A stretch of DNA of 64,000 bases from Eledone cirrhosa (taxonomy: Eukaryota): the NCBI GenBank assembly GCA_964016885.1, contig OZ024747.1, positions 20,212,001 to 20,276,000 of the forward strand, read 5' to 3'. Below, piece after piece: positions 1 through 15,305 of the stretch; positions within the stretch are counted from its first letter, which is position 1; every line of letters begins with the position of its first letter. Under the pieces are notes generated by a model that saw nothing but the letters and a program-made list of their open reading frames with translations, made no database searches and was not told the DNA's origin. The position numbers and the translations under genes were made by a program.

Positions 1-1339
1 CAGAAATAGCTGGAGGCTTAAATGTTCGAGGGAACGCACTAGCTCAAGTGAATATATTCGATGTGAGTGGGTAAAAAACGTCAATTAATCGAGACTACCC
101 TCGCAGTTTCATGATCAAAATTCCATCTATCGGATATCTTTCTCAGAAGAACTCAATACATACGTAGAGCATGTACTTTTTGTTGAGAGTGTAGAAGGTA
201 CACTTTTTAGCAGTTTCTGATTTATACCATTGGAAATTTATCGGATTACGTTGAACTTCAATGAAAACAAGTTGATACTATTTATTTCGTTTTTTTTTCT
301 TTTCGGCTCAGAGTGTTTGTGAGTTGGTATGTATATGTCCTTGCATGGAAAAAGTAGGGAGGGAGCTAAACTGAGAGAGAAAGTGAATGAGAGAGAAAAT
401 AGAGAAAAAACTGTTTTATGCATGTAATTTTTTTGCGTCCTTAAAAGTGTGTGTATGTGTGTGTGTGTGCGTGTGATAATGTTAATATATGGGATGTGGT
501 AATGGGGTCAAGCTGGATTTTGGAAGAAACATTTTTCTTTCAAGGGAGTCAATAGCGAACAAGTAGAGATAAAAAGAGATAAATAGGGTCTCCCAGTAAA
601 AAAAATATATATGTAAATAAATAATACTAGAATAAAGTGCTGCCACGGGGGACATAAATCTATTTTTGAGTTGCTAATGTACCCATTTATGTAATATTGT
701 GTGTGTATGTGTGAGTGTGTGTGTGTGTATGTGTAGTGTACACCTAATATCCATGCATCCATATAAACATTTACCTCGCTGTCTTAATCCGTAGCCATTG
801 AGTGTTTGTGTAGGAGCACGCATGCATTTCTTTACAGGAAAATATATATATACGAGCATCTATGAATTTGCCTGTATGTACGTTGATATATACATCGGAA
901 AATGTACATACACACACACACGCGCGCGCGCGCGCGCACACACACACACCTATACACACATACACATAAAAAACCTCATATGTATCTCTCTCTCTCTCTC
1001 TGTCTATATATATATACACACATATATATTATAATATATATATAAATATATGTGTGTGTGTGTGTTATATTATATATACACAAATATATGCGATGTTCTC
1101 CATAGATACACCTGTCTGTGTGTTTGTGTTGGTATTCATGCCTGTGAAAGGCATGTCTGTGTATGACCCTGAAGGCATTTGGACTTTATAACGTACCACG
1201 TAGTTTTACACTCACACCTACACGTACGTACAATCAAATATCTTTCCTCGTCTCTGAATCATGCACAACCACACAACCATATTCTAAATCCTCAGATTTC
1301 TCGATTCAGCCGTCCCAGCCAACTGGAAATATTCTAATC

Positions 1340-2330
1340 TTTAGGTAATGACCAACCCGAAAAAAAAATTGAAGTGGATATGTGTTCCTGGCGGAGTTTT
1401 GGCCTAGTATCTATTTATGTTCTTTAACGTTTGGTTCTATTCATTTTTATACCTCTTACTTGTCCACATATATCACGCTAAATACAACCTGCCATACGCA
1501 TTGTATAGACGCATATATTGGCATGCTGGGGTATTGTATTTGTGCTGCTGAATGAGAACTGATTAGCATGAGCTCATTGGAAGCTGTGTTCCTGTTTTCT
1601 CTACAAGGATACAGCACCAATTTTGGATGAAGTGTCGAATTTGTATGTGGATCTCACTTAGATTTGGGTTGTTAATAATTCTTCTTTTGTTTATGTGCCA
1701 TTTAAAGTGACACGTCCTTTAGTTATTTGTCCTAGTGTTCGGTTATGTCCACATATCAATTTCATCGTGTAAGTAAATACTTACTTGGTATAATTGTCGT
1801 CTTGGCATATCCATGTGAAAATGATACCTTACTTTAATCCTTATTAACCTTAAACAAACACGGACTGTTTACACATAACCTATATATTTCATCCCAGAGA
1901 TGCACCATCTGTAAGAACAGTGACCTCAGAAATATCCGTCTTGTGGTCGTAAAAATGTCTCTTTCTTCAGTGCAAGCAAATAATGTCTGCATATAATCAA
2001 GTAAACTCTTTTATGCCCGCTCCGTCTATTGTATGGTGAAAAAGTAACTTAAATTTCAACCATGCTATAAAACTAGAAAATAGTGGCTTCCTATTTTAGC
2101 ACCAGTAACACAATTCATCTCTTAACAAATGCCAACCTTTTACAAAGCTGAATTAAAAAGATCGATAAAGCCTCCACCCACGACTTTGAATTTTACACTT
2201 CCATGTCTAGTCCTCATACTAACGACAAACATGTTTAATTCTGTACTTGGACATATTTACCTGCAGTGATCGATTTACAATACATTTATAATAATCTCAA
2301 CCACATCGTTCTCACCTTACAAAGAAGGTT
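1340..2330 (-). mobile_element. Possible highly degenerate Penelope-like (RT/GIY-YIG) remnant
   Basis: Minus-strand translation near 1410-1480 gives VIYVDK*...NVKEHK, loosely resembling the GIY-YIG 'YIG...R..EH' segment. Many stops; boundaries uncertain. Confidence 0.2.
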
Positions 2331-2726
2331 TATAAAAACAATGTATACAACCTTTATTATTAAAACATCAAAACGAATTAATTAATATTATAGATTTCTG
2401 GGAGATTCTAGATCTTGCTAACTAAAGTTTCTGAATTAAATATTTCATATGAATATATTGTGATACAGTGAGTTACGATTTTCAATTTCTGTAAAGGCGA
2501 GGTGAGCTGGTGATACATATAGACGTCTTTGGGTGCAGCGAGTATTTGTTTTATTTGAATTTGGAAATCACGTTAGTTATTTTTCGCATTTTCCGCATTT
2601 TCCCGTGGTCTCAGTGTCGAATATACAGGTATTTAATGTTTCGTATTTTTTCCTATATATATATATATTATTAGTCCCAGTTTTGTGTGCGTGTTTTCAA
2701 AACGTATTCTATAATATATATATATA

Positions 2727-2806
<80 letters not shown>

Positions 2807-5800
2807 GGCGCATTTCGAACTCTTTCATTTATCATGTCTGCACAATATATGATATGTATATATATATATATAACGTATATTAAAATTTTAGTTAGAAATA
2901 TGTTTAACAATAGATATATGATTAAGTTATTAGACAAATACAAATGTGCGGGCAAGATTTGTTGAAATACTTGTGTGATGAATACAACAGGAAAGACAAT
3001 TATATCATGTATACAATGAGGATATACCAGCAAACAATCATGTATCCGCTACATAATGAATGAACATCTAAAATATCAGCATTGATAAAAATACAGCTTA
3101 TTAACTGATAATAAGCCGTATTTTTATCAGATAATGAAATGCTATCAGAAATAATATGAATGAATGGAGATATTGCTTATAGAACTCAATAATAAAGACA
3201 GTAAGTAAATCAAAACTATCCTTTTGGGAAAAAAGTTTCAACATTTCTCTTCTGTTCAAGAAGATGACATCTTTAACTAATGAAATTCTTTTAAATTCAA
3301 TGAATTGTTTTCAAGATATCAAATATAATCAATGAAAAGCTGTAGAAGACATTGTCTGCAAGGAATAATTTCAAGATCTGATGAAGTTGAAGATGTTGAA
3401 GTTTCAAAATCAAATAGTCATGAAGTTAAAACAAAATTTTTATCACTAACAATTGGTACTTCTGTAATCTCATTGCATTTCAAATATTTGAGTAACTTGA
3501 GTCTTAAAGTGGAAGATAAATATTGAAGGATGTACTGCCATACTTAATATAACAATCTTGGCAAATATAATTAATCGAAAATATACTCATGTCGAGGAGG
3601 TAAACATTTTTCAATAATATTTCACTAAATCTAACAATGGTAAAACGTAAGGTATAACGTTCAAGTATCATTAACTCAGTTAATTTAAATATTATTTCTA
3701 TAGTAGGTCTGATATAACAAATTCGTATGCAATTTGGTGTGTTATAATCAGAAACTCCTAACAATAGAAGATTATAAATAATGATATTTGGAGGAAGAAA
3801 TAGAATTTATTCAACTCCGGTTTTGATAAGATACTTGAGGAAATCCGGTTTGCAGTAATATAGTTATTGCATCAGTGGAAAGACGGTGAACTGAGTTTAC
3901 AAAGCATAGAACACGATACGTCTAGATCAAAGAAATGCTGTAGCTTAAGCTTATAGACTATTGAGTATTTTCCATACAATAAGAAGCCAATTTTGTTTAT
4001 TTTGTATAATATCTGAATGATTAAGTATTTATCAGGATAATCATGTTTACGAGGATCACTTTTTAAATCTGATAATTTATTGCAGATTATCAGATACTCT
4101 AAGATAAATGCAATTATTTTATAATAGAAAACCTGCTAAACAAACCTGCTAAATAAATATGAACATAATCAACAAAAAACAACAAAAAATGAACAGTCGT
4201 ATTCAATTTTGATGAGTGCATTGGGTAACATTAGCGCTCGTGTATAATAAGCGCAACTAAATATGGACACTGAAATCCTGGAAAAATATATATATTGTAT
4301 TATACACGTCTATTTATTTTGTATTATGTGGTTAATCCATGTATTTTAATTCTTTTATGAAATAAAATTTAAAATTTGATATATATTAAACATTATGAAA
4401 CGAAAATTGAAAACATGACCATCAACTTTGATGGTGAAACACTCATAGATGTTCATAATGTTGAGAGAAGACCAATTGAAGTTTGAAAAATATCTACTGT
4501 ACTTATTTAAATTAATGCATGCGTGTCTGAGAGTAAATGTGCGTATGGGTGTAGAATTATAGTATATATTTATAAAATGCATTACCTCAAATTAACACGT
4601 TCTACATAGTTGTAAATATATATTAGACAGGAAGATAAGGTTTGTGTATTTTACATACTCTTCATTTTGAATAGAAACTATCTATAACTCAATTGTAGCA
4701 TTTGTACATATGGCAGGTTATTGTAGGCATATCTATCTACATGTTCCAAGTGATTCCTATTTGAATCCATGCATTTCTTGAGGGGCAGGGTTATGCTTAA
4801 AATAACATCTTTACAGACATACCTATCTCCTCTCTAGTATTTTCAGTGATTGTTCTGTTTGTTGATAAACACCCTATCCTTCATATAACCGAATCGGGAT
4901 GCGGTGGGAGGTTTTAAGTCAAGGATGTGTGGGACCCACACAAAATCAATCTTAAAACTGATTACCCGATGTCTAAAATTATGTTTGAGAGGTATGATGG
5001 CTTGCATCGTCTTGCAGGAAGCAATGGTTATATGGTCTGTAGCTCCTTTTTGAAAACTATTCGTACCTCTATATAGCGTTCGATTATGACTGTACCAGTG
5101 ACACCATTTTCCACGAATTAAACTCTGCCAATCAACCATTTCTCGGACATGGCACCCCTTATCGAAATGGAGAGTTTCCACGGCCCCTCTAGTGGTTTTC
5201 TCTAACTCCTAGATCAGATTGTTATCAGAGTTGATGTAAGGGAAAGTGGGTTTCATCAAAGGTACAGAGTAGATAAAAGGAAACTGGGTTATTTTCCACC
5301 TCCTCATGTATATTCTCAACCACAGACTTTCCTATGATCCTATCACACAGAGCAATAAGGTATGGTTTATTTTGTATATACGTATATATATTTATATATT
5401 ATCTTGCATAGAAACTTCACATAGCCCACACAATTGTAGGAATTATACATCTGATGGCTGACAATGATATATGTATTGACAAATGACATATATATTTAGT
5501 TGTTAATTAATATATTCACTGAGGAGGATTGACATATTGATATATGTCCATTGTTGCTGACGGTTGAGGTTCGTTGACTTTGGCGTATTTTTCTTGCATC
5601 ATAACATCTCACTTATGCCTATTTATTATTTCACTGATGTTAGCTTTAGTATTGCCGTATGTTGATTCATTTTCCAATCGTTTAACAATGTAACAATTTA
5701 GTGAACATCGAGTGGAAAAAATTCCCATATATGTACAAATACACATAGATAGAGACACACATATTGCATATGTATAAGTGTAGCATAATGGTCAAACATT

Positions 5801-6143
5801 TATAAAGAAGCCACGCACCTCTCACACACAATACTTAAACCGGAAAAAAACCCACATATATGCACTCAGGAAAAGCTAAGAGACTGGCACATAAAGATGA
5901 CACATATGTTTCACATACAATTTTATCTCAATTCAATATATTCCAACCTCAATGAGAGCCACTTCTAATCCTCTAAAGTGATTTACACTATATAACGGTT
6001 CTCTAAACAACTTTATTGCATATGAAATATGACAAAATTTGACACAAAATTGAACATTTCTTTTGACCTTCATATTCTATGTTAAAATAATTGGCCATTA
6101 ATTTTTATTTTGTATATATACATACACTCAGAAGCAAACACCC

Positions 6144-6821
<678 letters not shown>

Positions 6822-6981
6822 TTGTTGTCAATTATTACCGTTTATTTCCTTTCAATGTTTAAGCGTAAGAAATTGCTGCAATGTTTCTTGAACGCCAAAA
6901 GCTTCACACGATCGAACATCTTGCCTCACACACACATAAAAACAACAACAGGAATATACCCCAGAAAACCCTCACATTCAA

Positions 6982-7051
<70 letters not shown>

Positions 7052-7297
7052 ACATAAACACCGACACACAGACACAGAAATACACACAAAGAAATATATA
7101 TTTTCAAAACAAAACTGATTGAAAAACAAAAATAAAGAAACATTACAGAGGCCAAAATATTGAAGAAAAAAGGCAAACAAAAAAAGCGAAACGAATAATA
7201 GATGAAAAGATAAGATGTAAAAAGAACGAAATAGAATGATAAAGACTAGTATCAAAGAACTCTTTGTATCTAGTTTATATATATATACCTATATATA

Positions 7298-7417
<120 letters not shown>

Positions 7418-7675
7418 GTTGGGTTTTGTTTTTAGTGGGTAGAGGTGGAAATTTTGGCGGCATTATTTAGTGAGTTTCTATAATATTCTCTTGTTTCTTA
7501 TTTTATTTATTTATTTATATTTATATTTTGCATAAATAATTCATGAACACAACATTATTATTCTCACATCTCTTGTTACAAATATATATGAATATGTATG
7601 TGTAAATGTATGCGTATATATATATATATGTATATATGAATGTGTATGTTTATTTATGTATATGTGCATATGTGT

Positions 7676-7772
<97 letters not shown>

Positions 7773-7781
7773 CATATATGA

Positions 7782-7843
<62 letters not shown>

Positions 7844-8369
7844 ATATATATATATGTATATAATATCTACGTATATAATGTATATAATATATACATATAT
7901 AATATATAATGTATATAATATATACGTATATAATATAATATGTATATAAGATATACGTATATATATATATGCGTGTGTGTGTGTCTGTGTATATTTGTGT
8001 GTGTGTGTGTGTAGAATTAAAAAGAGAGAGAGATCTGTGTGTGTAAGTATTTATATATATATATGTTCGTACGTACATATACACATACAGGTATACGTAT
8101 ATAGACGTGAATATATGTATGTGTATGCCAGTGTCTATATGTTTTGTAAACGACAACAAGCTAGACGTTGTAAATACCGGAATATATGATGCACGTGGTG
8201 GTGATGTAAATTCACCGTAGGCTATGCTGCATAGAGGAACGAATATTCGATACACCTACAACTGAAGCAATATTTTTATCGCTCCACTTTCACCTCACTT
8301 CACCTGCAACAATAAATATGCGATAACCCTTTTTTTTTTTACAATTTGTTCTTCTAGTTGTTTTTGCTG

Positions 8370-8383
8370 TTACTACTACTATA

Positions 8384-8453
<70 letters not shown>

Positions 8454-8507
8454 TTACTACTACTACTACTACTACTACTAATACTACTACTACTGTTATT
8501 ATTATTC

Positions 8508-8539
<32 letters not shown>

Positions 8540-8558
8540 GATGCTCTTACCATTGTCA

Positions 8559-8607
<49 letters not shown>
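8370..8607. repeat. (TAC)n followed by (TAT)n trinucleotide microsatellites
   Basis: Direct reading; explains the poly-Val ORF 8290-8559. Confidence 0.95.
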
Positions 8608-8753
8608 CTATAAGTACGAGTGTTTATATATACATAACATATATAATAATATATCTAACTTTCAATATTATATTAGTGTGTGCGTGTATGTGTATATATA
8701 TATATATATGAATTGTATATATGTATATATATATATGTATATGTTTGTGTGTG

Positions 8754-8786
<33 letters not shown>

Positions 8787-8841
<55 letters not shown>

Positions 8842-8923
8842 GAGGGAGAGAGGGGGGAGAGAAGAGAGAGGGGGAAAGAGAGAGACAGATGGAGAGAGAG
8901 ATAGATAGAGAGAGAGAGAGATA

Positions 8924-8967
<44 letters not shown>
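8787..8967. repeat. (GA)n microsatellite
   Basis: Direct reading; another at 56323-56420. Confidence 0.95.
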
Positions 8968-8971
<4 letters not shown>

Positions 8972-9018
8972 AAAGCACATATACAAACACGGAAATGTGT
9001 ACACATATAATATATATA

Positions 9019-9115
<97 letters not shown>

Positions 9116-9136
9116 CATATATATACATACATAAGT

Positions 9137-9233
<97 letters not shown>

Positions 9234-9686
9234 AAATATATATGTATATATATATATATAAATATATATATATAAAATATATATGTATATATAAAGAAAA
9301 AAATATGATATAAACAAAATATAAACAAACCAAACAGACATATCAAAGAATGAACAACAAAATGCAAATCAATTGCGATTTTGTTGGAAATGTTTATCAT
9401 ATTTATTATTAGTAATATTGTTATTTTTAGTAGTATTACAGTGATTCGTATTTTATTATCATTCTTAGTACGCATAAATCAATAGTATAGTTGTTTTTCC
9501 AATTACTATTGTTATCATTATTATTAATATTTTTACTGTTATCATATTTACAATAATTTCTCATGTTGTTGGCATTACTCAATAATTTTTGTACACTAAG
9601 ACACATTCACACACATTAACACACACACACACATATATATGTATATATATATATATATCCATATATATATAAATATATATAAATAA

Positions 9687-9742
<56 letters not shown>

Positions 9743-9772
9743 ATATTTATATATACATATGTATATATATAC

Positions 9773-10008
<236 letters not shown>

Positions 10009-10547
10009 GGTATATTGCCAAATATACTATACATACATTCATATATATATATACATATAGTATATATTTCCTGATGGCCACGAGAGAAAATATTTGAATG
10101 AATGGTATTCGTGAAATAATAGATGTCTGCTTTGCAGCCAAGCTAAAACTTATTTTATATTGCCAACTAACACTAATCCCCGGAGTGATGTCCAACACAG
10201 AGTTTATAAAATTAGGTTATCAAATATAGTGCAGTCAATAGTTTTGATATAAGTGTAGGTGATATTTACAACAACACACCAGGATCACCAGACTCGCCCT
10301 CACTACCACCACCATCATCAATAAAAATAGCATCAAAGGAATGTTACCAAACATCGTTTGCGAAACCTTTCATTAAATAATGGTCGTTATCGTTATCGTT
10401 ATCTCACAGACAGGATCAGAAATTATGCTCTCCTAAATGTTTTCTTCCTATTATATATAGAAATAAAACCGTTCTCTGAATATTTGTTTTTATGCATTTA
10501 GAAATCAATGTGTTTGTAGGTGTGTATGTTGTGAGGTGCGTGTTTGC

Positions 10548-10581
<34 letters not shown>

Positions 10582-10742
10582 TTATACTTTGGGAGGGTCA
10601 TGTTGCCAATTGTTATGTTGCCAACACACGGACCAGTTGCTTTCTCTTCAATTCATTATACATTTTTTAAATTTTATAAATATAAATTTTATAAATTTCT
10701 GGTTGGTTTGTTGGTTCCACAATCGGATGTTGTTCATATCTT

Positions 10743-10785
10743 GTCAAAGTTCTTTCTTCACACATTCTGTGACCTCTTCAGTGAC
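10743..10785 (-). ncRNA. Degenerate minimal hammerhead motif
   Basis: Reverse complement gtca-CTGAAGA-ggtcacagaatgtgtgaa-GAAA-gaac-TT-tgac. Stem I gtca/tgac; base of stem II is broken. Confidence 0.4.
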
Positions 10786-10907
10786 TGGGGATTGTTTTCT
10801 TTGCTTTGTGCCTCTCCTTTGTTCTGACCTACGCCATCTTGCTAAACAAATTCAGAAACGAAATATATATATATTTATATATATATATATATAGAGAGAG
10901 GGGGGGT

Positions 10908-11008
10908 TAGAACACTGGAAGGTATCCGTAGTGGTAGAGCACTCAGTCCATGGGACGGGTTTGGTAGAAGTAGTAACACAACAGTTAGTTCACCATACCG
11001 AGAACAAT
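10908..11008 (-). mobile_element. PLE pseudo-LTR 3' fragment (family B)
   Basis: Matches 56419-56549, 61538-61709 and 62510-62581 (gtagaagtag..caacagtta..caccat; gagcactcagtcc). Ends in the HHR stem III/I remnant ccgagaacaattgt. Confidence 0.65.
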
Positions 11009-12455
11009 TGTAGTCGGGCCCCGACAGCTGTGCACCTGCTGTTTCAACAGCTAGTTAAAACAGAGGTAGCTTAGCAGTCGGGGTCCCAAATCTTTCATAT
11101 TACCACTCTCTACTATTCCAAGTATCGAGTACTCTGCTGAGTAATTGTCTAACAGGTCGTATTGCATCCATTCTCTCTCTCTCTCTATATATATATGTAT
11201 GTGTGTGTGTGTGTGTGTGTGTGTATGGGTGGGTGTGTGGGTGTGTGTGTATGTGTATTACTGTAGCAAAACCTCGAAAATTCGTCTAAAATAATATTTA
11301 TTTAGAAACGACTATAAATGTCTATTAATATATTGCAGTAAAATTAGATTCAATTAATGAAAACTTTATTCTTTCCAGAAAGAATTTTAAAATATCAAGA
11401 AACGCATGAAAAGGAAAATATAAACACTGTCTCCTGAAATATGAGTGCTGTGATGCACGAAATGATTACACCAATTGTGGGGCACCCTCTGTGACTTAGA
11501 AAAAATACGTGATATAGAGAATTTAAAAAATCCATACTCAGTCGAATTGAATAAGTATTGTATGATGCGATGCATGTTCAATGATTTTTGTTACAAAATC
11601 GGTCATGTGATGTAAAAATAAGCTTACTGAAGGCTCGATTCTTGTATTCTGCATTTAACCATAGTGAAATTATGTGCTGCGGTGTGTCTGCTGGTCTATA
11701 AATGCTTCGCTCATTCTGAGTGAAGCTTGTTAGATATCAGTGCAATTCTGACATGCAGTTGAAAACTTATATTGATTTTCACTCTTTACACTAATATATT
11801 CGTTATATTACTAGCAATTAACAATTACGGCGTAATTTGTGATCATTGGCAGTTTATTCGCTCTTACATGTATATCTTTTCACATTCTATATATAATTAA
11901 ATTCCTCGAGAATCTATGGTTTCTCAGCATCAGCATGTCAAATAGCCGTATAGCAAAGTAAAATCTATATCTTAGTAGAAGGAGCACGCAGCCAAATTTA
12001 AGGATGAGGGGGGGGGGGGAAGAGACCATTGGTTACGGGGTACTTGGAGTGAAAGCGTAAAAGGATAATGAGGGATCATTGAAGATTCTGTGTGATATGA
12101 CTCTATGGATGTACACCAATTAGGGATATACACTAAATCAAAACAAAAAAATATTCGGAAGTATATATATCAGACAAACGTTACATATTTTTCCGCGTTG
12201 AGCTAATAAAAGTAGCGAACTAATCGCGACATTTCGGCATAAAACCTTTTATGCATAAAATTGATATTCACTATATGCGTGATGGATAACAGCCAACAAT
12301 CAACAGCAACTATAATCATTCTATCCATATACTGCTTATTAGAAACCTTTTAAAATAATAATCATGTATGCTGGATTTTTATGTATTTCAGCCAAATATT
12401 GGACATACAAACACACATAGAAATATACAAACATACACACACACAGGTACCCTCC

Positions 12456-12489
<34 letters not shown>

Positions 12490-12677
12490 GGTTATGCACG
12501 AGTGCATTAATGTTTTCTAGGACACAGTATTATGTACCGTGTAGTGGAATGTCAGCTTACAACAGAGTGGTGCTCAATATTATAGATGTAGCGAGATCTA
12601 GGCAAATTGATGTCTATTGAAACGTACGTAAGAACCGAATAAATCTCTTTTACTGCATCTTTCTGTTCTTTTTAATT

Positions 12678-12775
<98 letters not shown>

Positions 12776-12913
12776 CGAAAGGTGAAGTTGGAAATAGCGC
12801 GAAAAAAATACTTTTTCTTACCTTTTTTTTTATTTTTTGATTCGTCAAAGTAAAATTATTTAAAAAATGAGAGGGACAGTTCTTTTAAAAAAAGATTTTA
12901 TAATGTATATAAA

Positions 12914-12960
12914 TTATTACCAGTTTCGATGTATCATTAAAATTCATCTTATCAAGTGTT
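12914..12960 (-). ncRNA. Degenerate U3-A8 variant hammerhead motif
   Basis: Reverse complement TTGATAA-gatg...catc-GAAA-ctgg-TA. Stem II is paired; stem I is lost. Confidence 0.35.
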
Positions 12961-13084
12961 GAGTATTACAATTAAAAAGAATTAATAAGAATTAAATGCT
13001 AAAAATTAAAGATTTAAAATTAAGAGTTAAGTTTTTTCATCTTCCTTGTTGACAGGGAGAGACTGTATAATATATATATATATA

Positions 13085-13230
13085 TAGGAACGAGTAGGAC
13101 CCCGACGGCTGAGCTCAAGTCGAGCTCAGCCGTCGGGGTCCTACTCGTTGCTATTACCTACTCTACTACCCTAAGTATTGAGTACTTTCGTGCGTTATGG
13201 TCCACCAAGTTCCTTACCACATTTCCTTCG

Positions 13231-13232
<2 letters not shown>
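13085..13232 (+). mobile_element. Fold-back PLE-like element in (TA)n (family C)
   Basis: Hairpin taggaacgagtaggaccccgacggctgagctc...gagctcagccgtcggggtcctactcgttgcta plus a tail ending ccttaccacatttccttcgt-(TA)n. Same family at 13519, 16727 and 54033. Confidence 0.75.
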
Positions 13233-13278
<46 letters not shown>

Positions 13279-13323
13279 AGTTTATGTTGGTTGTATACCA
13301 ACACCTATACCATACTAATTCAA

Positions 13324-13378
13324 ACTGCCTGAAGAGGTCACAGCCAAAGATGGCTGTCACTGAAATATATATAGCAGT
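13324..13378 (+). ncRNA. Minimal type-I hammerhead ribozyme (C.C stem-II subtype), best-preserved copy
   Basis: actgc-CTGAAGA-ggtcacagcca aaga tggctgtcact-GAAA-tatata-TA-gcagt. Perfect 5-bp stem I, 11-position stem II with one C.C, palindromic stem III ATATATAT, AATAAA at 13379-13384. Confidence 0.85.
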
Positions 13379-13422
13379 AATAAACGAAGCTAAATTTTAA
13401 TCATTTGACTTTTATTTAACTT

Positions 13423-13501
<79 letters not shown>

Positions 13502-13518
13502 TTTTTAAATATATATAA

Positions 13519-13705
13519 GTGTGGTAAGGAACCAGATGGACAATATCGCACCAGAGTACTCAATACTTAGGGTAGTAGAGTGGGTAATTGGAAAACGTTT
13601 AACCCCGACGGCAGACCTCAAGCCGTTTCGACGGCTATTAGTGCATCCAGAAATAGCCGTCGAAACGGCTTGAGCTCAGCCGTCGGGATTAAACATTTTC
13701 CCATA
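13519..13705 (-). mobile_element. Fold-back PLE-like element (family C)
   Basis: Starts gtgtggtaaggaaccagatggac; hairpin ccgacggc..ctcaagccgtttcgacggctatt / aatagccgtcgaaacggcttgagctcagccgtcgg. (TA)n on both sides. Confidence 0.75.
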
Positions 13706-13818
13706 TATATATATATCTACTATATACTAGAGACTAAATAAAGATGGTGTAGACATACGATGCAACGGGAGGAAACAATAGCACCACTGCGATGTTGCAG
13801 ATGTGCAACGAAAGAAAT

Positions 13819-13915
13819 TTGATAGACTATATATATGTGTTTGTGTCTATATTGTACCTGTATTTTTGATAGACTATATATATGTGTTTGTGTCTATATT
13901 GTACCTGTATTTTTG
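13819..13915. repeat. Tandem duplication of about 47 bp
   Basis: ttgatagactatatatatgtgtttgtgtctatattgtacctgtattt present twice. Confidence 0.9.
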
Positions 13916-14962
13916 ACCGTTGGTCAGTCAATGGCAACACTGAGGACCGAATAAATTAAATTAACCGATATAAAAGACACAGAAGCGAAAACTAACCAAA
14001 CAGTGGGTGTGTTCTGTTATTAATTATGGCAATATTTCACAAATATGACCCTCCCCAAGTATAACCATATATATATATATATATATATAAACGAGAATAA
14101 AAAATATCTGTTTACGTTCCTCGTTTTATTCTAATTTTTTGTCTATATATTTTATTTCTCACTCTATCTCCTACAGCAAGATCTAAAATAATATATATAT
14201 CTTGATTTGATTTTACTCTAATGATTTGCTGGCTTTTTTGTCCGTTTACTTTTCTCATATATATGTACATTCTAGTTCAGCTATAAACTATGAACATCTC
14301 AAAAACCGACGTTTCTGTCGGGAATCCGAACTTAATTAGCTGTATAGATGATTCGTATGCAAAGAGAACTTCAGTTTAGAAAGGTTAATCGATATTACTG
14401 TCGAGGTATTCGTATAGCCATGTCTAACGACCATTTGATGCATTGACATATGTAACTAATTTAGTTACACCATAGAAAATGTTTTCAATTAAATTCTTAA
14501 ATTTGGTTCTCGGAAAAGATATTTCAATAATCGGAAACCCGAGTTAAAATTTTAGTTTCTTTATTGTTTTAGCTGAGAAATGTTCAGTTTTGTTAGACGG
14601 AATGAATATATGTACCGACACTTTCCGCTTTGCGTAACTGATATCCAGCTGATATATCTAGGAATCCCAAGCTGTGGTACTCTGTGTTTCACTCTATTTC
14701 TATTAAAATTTCTCCAGATGAAGCATCAGCATAACCTACCTACAGGATTTGTCAGCTTGCAGAGCGAGAGAGTTCTGTTTATAATCGTAGCGTAGTTAGG
14801 AGTATTTACGCTTGAAATGCAAACATAAACTGTAGCCTAAGAATATTAATCGATTTTAGCATAATTATACCCAACCACACCCACAAGCATAGACACACAC
14901 AAACATATAATATATATATATATATATTATAATTGGAGCTCTGAAATAGCAATATATATATA

Positions 14963-15218
14963 TGAATGTATATATAATGTATTTTGCAATACACTTTATG
15001 CTTAATTAAAAGCATTTTGAAGACCGTATGCTATTGTTTTAGAGTAGTGACAAACTCACTTACTTTAATCTCAGTAAACTCACTTACTTCAATCTCCCTT
15101 TGTTTGCTGAGATTAAAGTAAGTGAGTTTGTCACTACTCTAAAACAATAGCATACGGTCTTCAAAATGATTTTAATTAAGCATAAAGTGTATTGCAAAAT
15201 ACATTATATATACATTCA
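14963..15218. repeat. Near-perfect fold-back (arms about 115 bp) embedded in (TA)n
   Basis: tgaatgtatatataatgtattttgcaatacactttatgc...ctcag / ctgag...gcataaagtgtattgcaaaatacattatatatacattca. Related fragment at 27093-27172. Confidence 0.85.
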
Positions 15219-15230
15219 TATATATATATA

Positions 15231-15300
<70 letters not shown>

Positions 15301-15305
<5 letters not shown>

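Noticed and set aside
11420-11620. Tc1/mariner-like terminal remnants (also 60-240, 25825-26000, 43163-43363, 57260-57480) and a hAT-like end near 26250-26375
   Set aside because: Only vague resemblance; no paired TIRs, TSDs or DDE motifs could be verified by eye.
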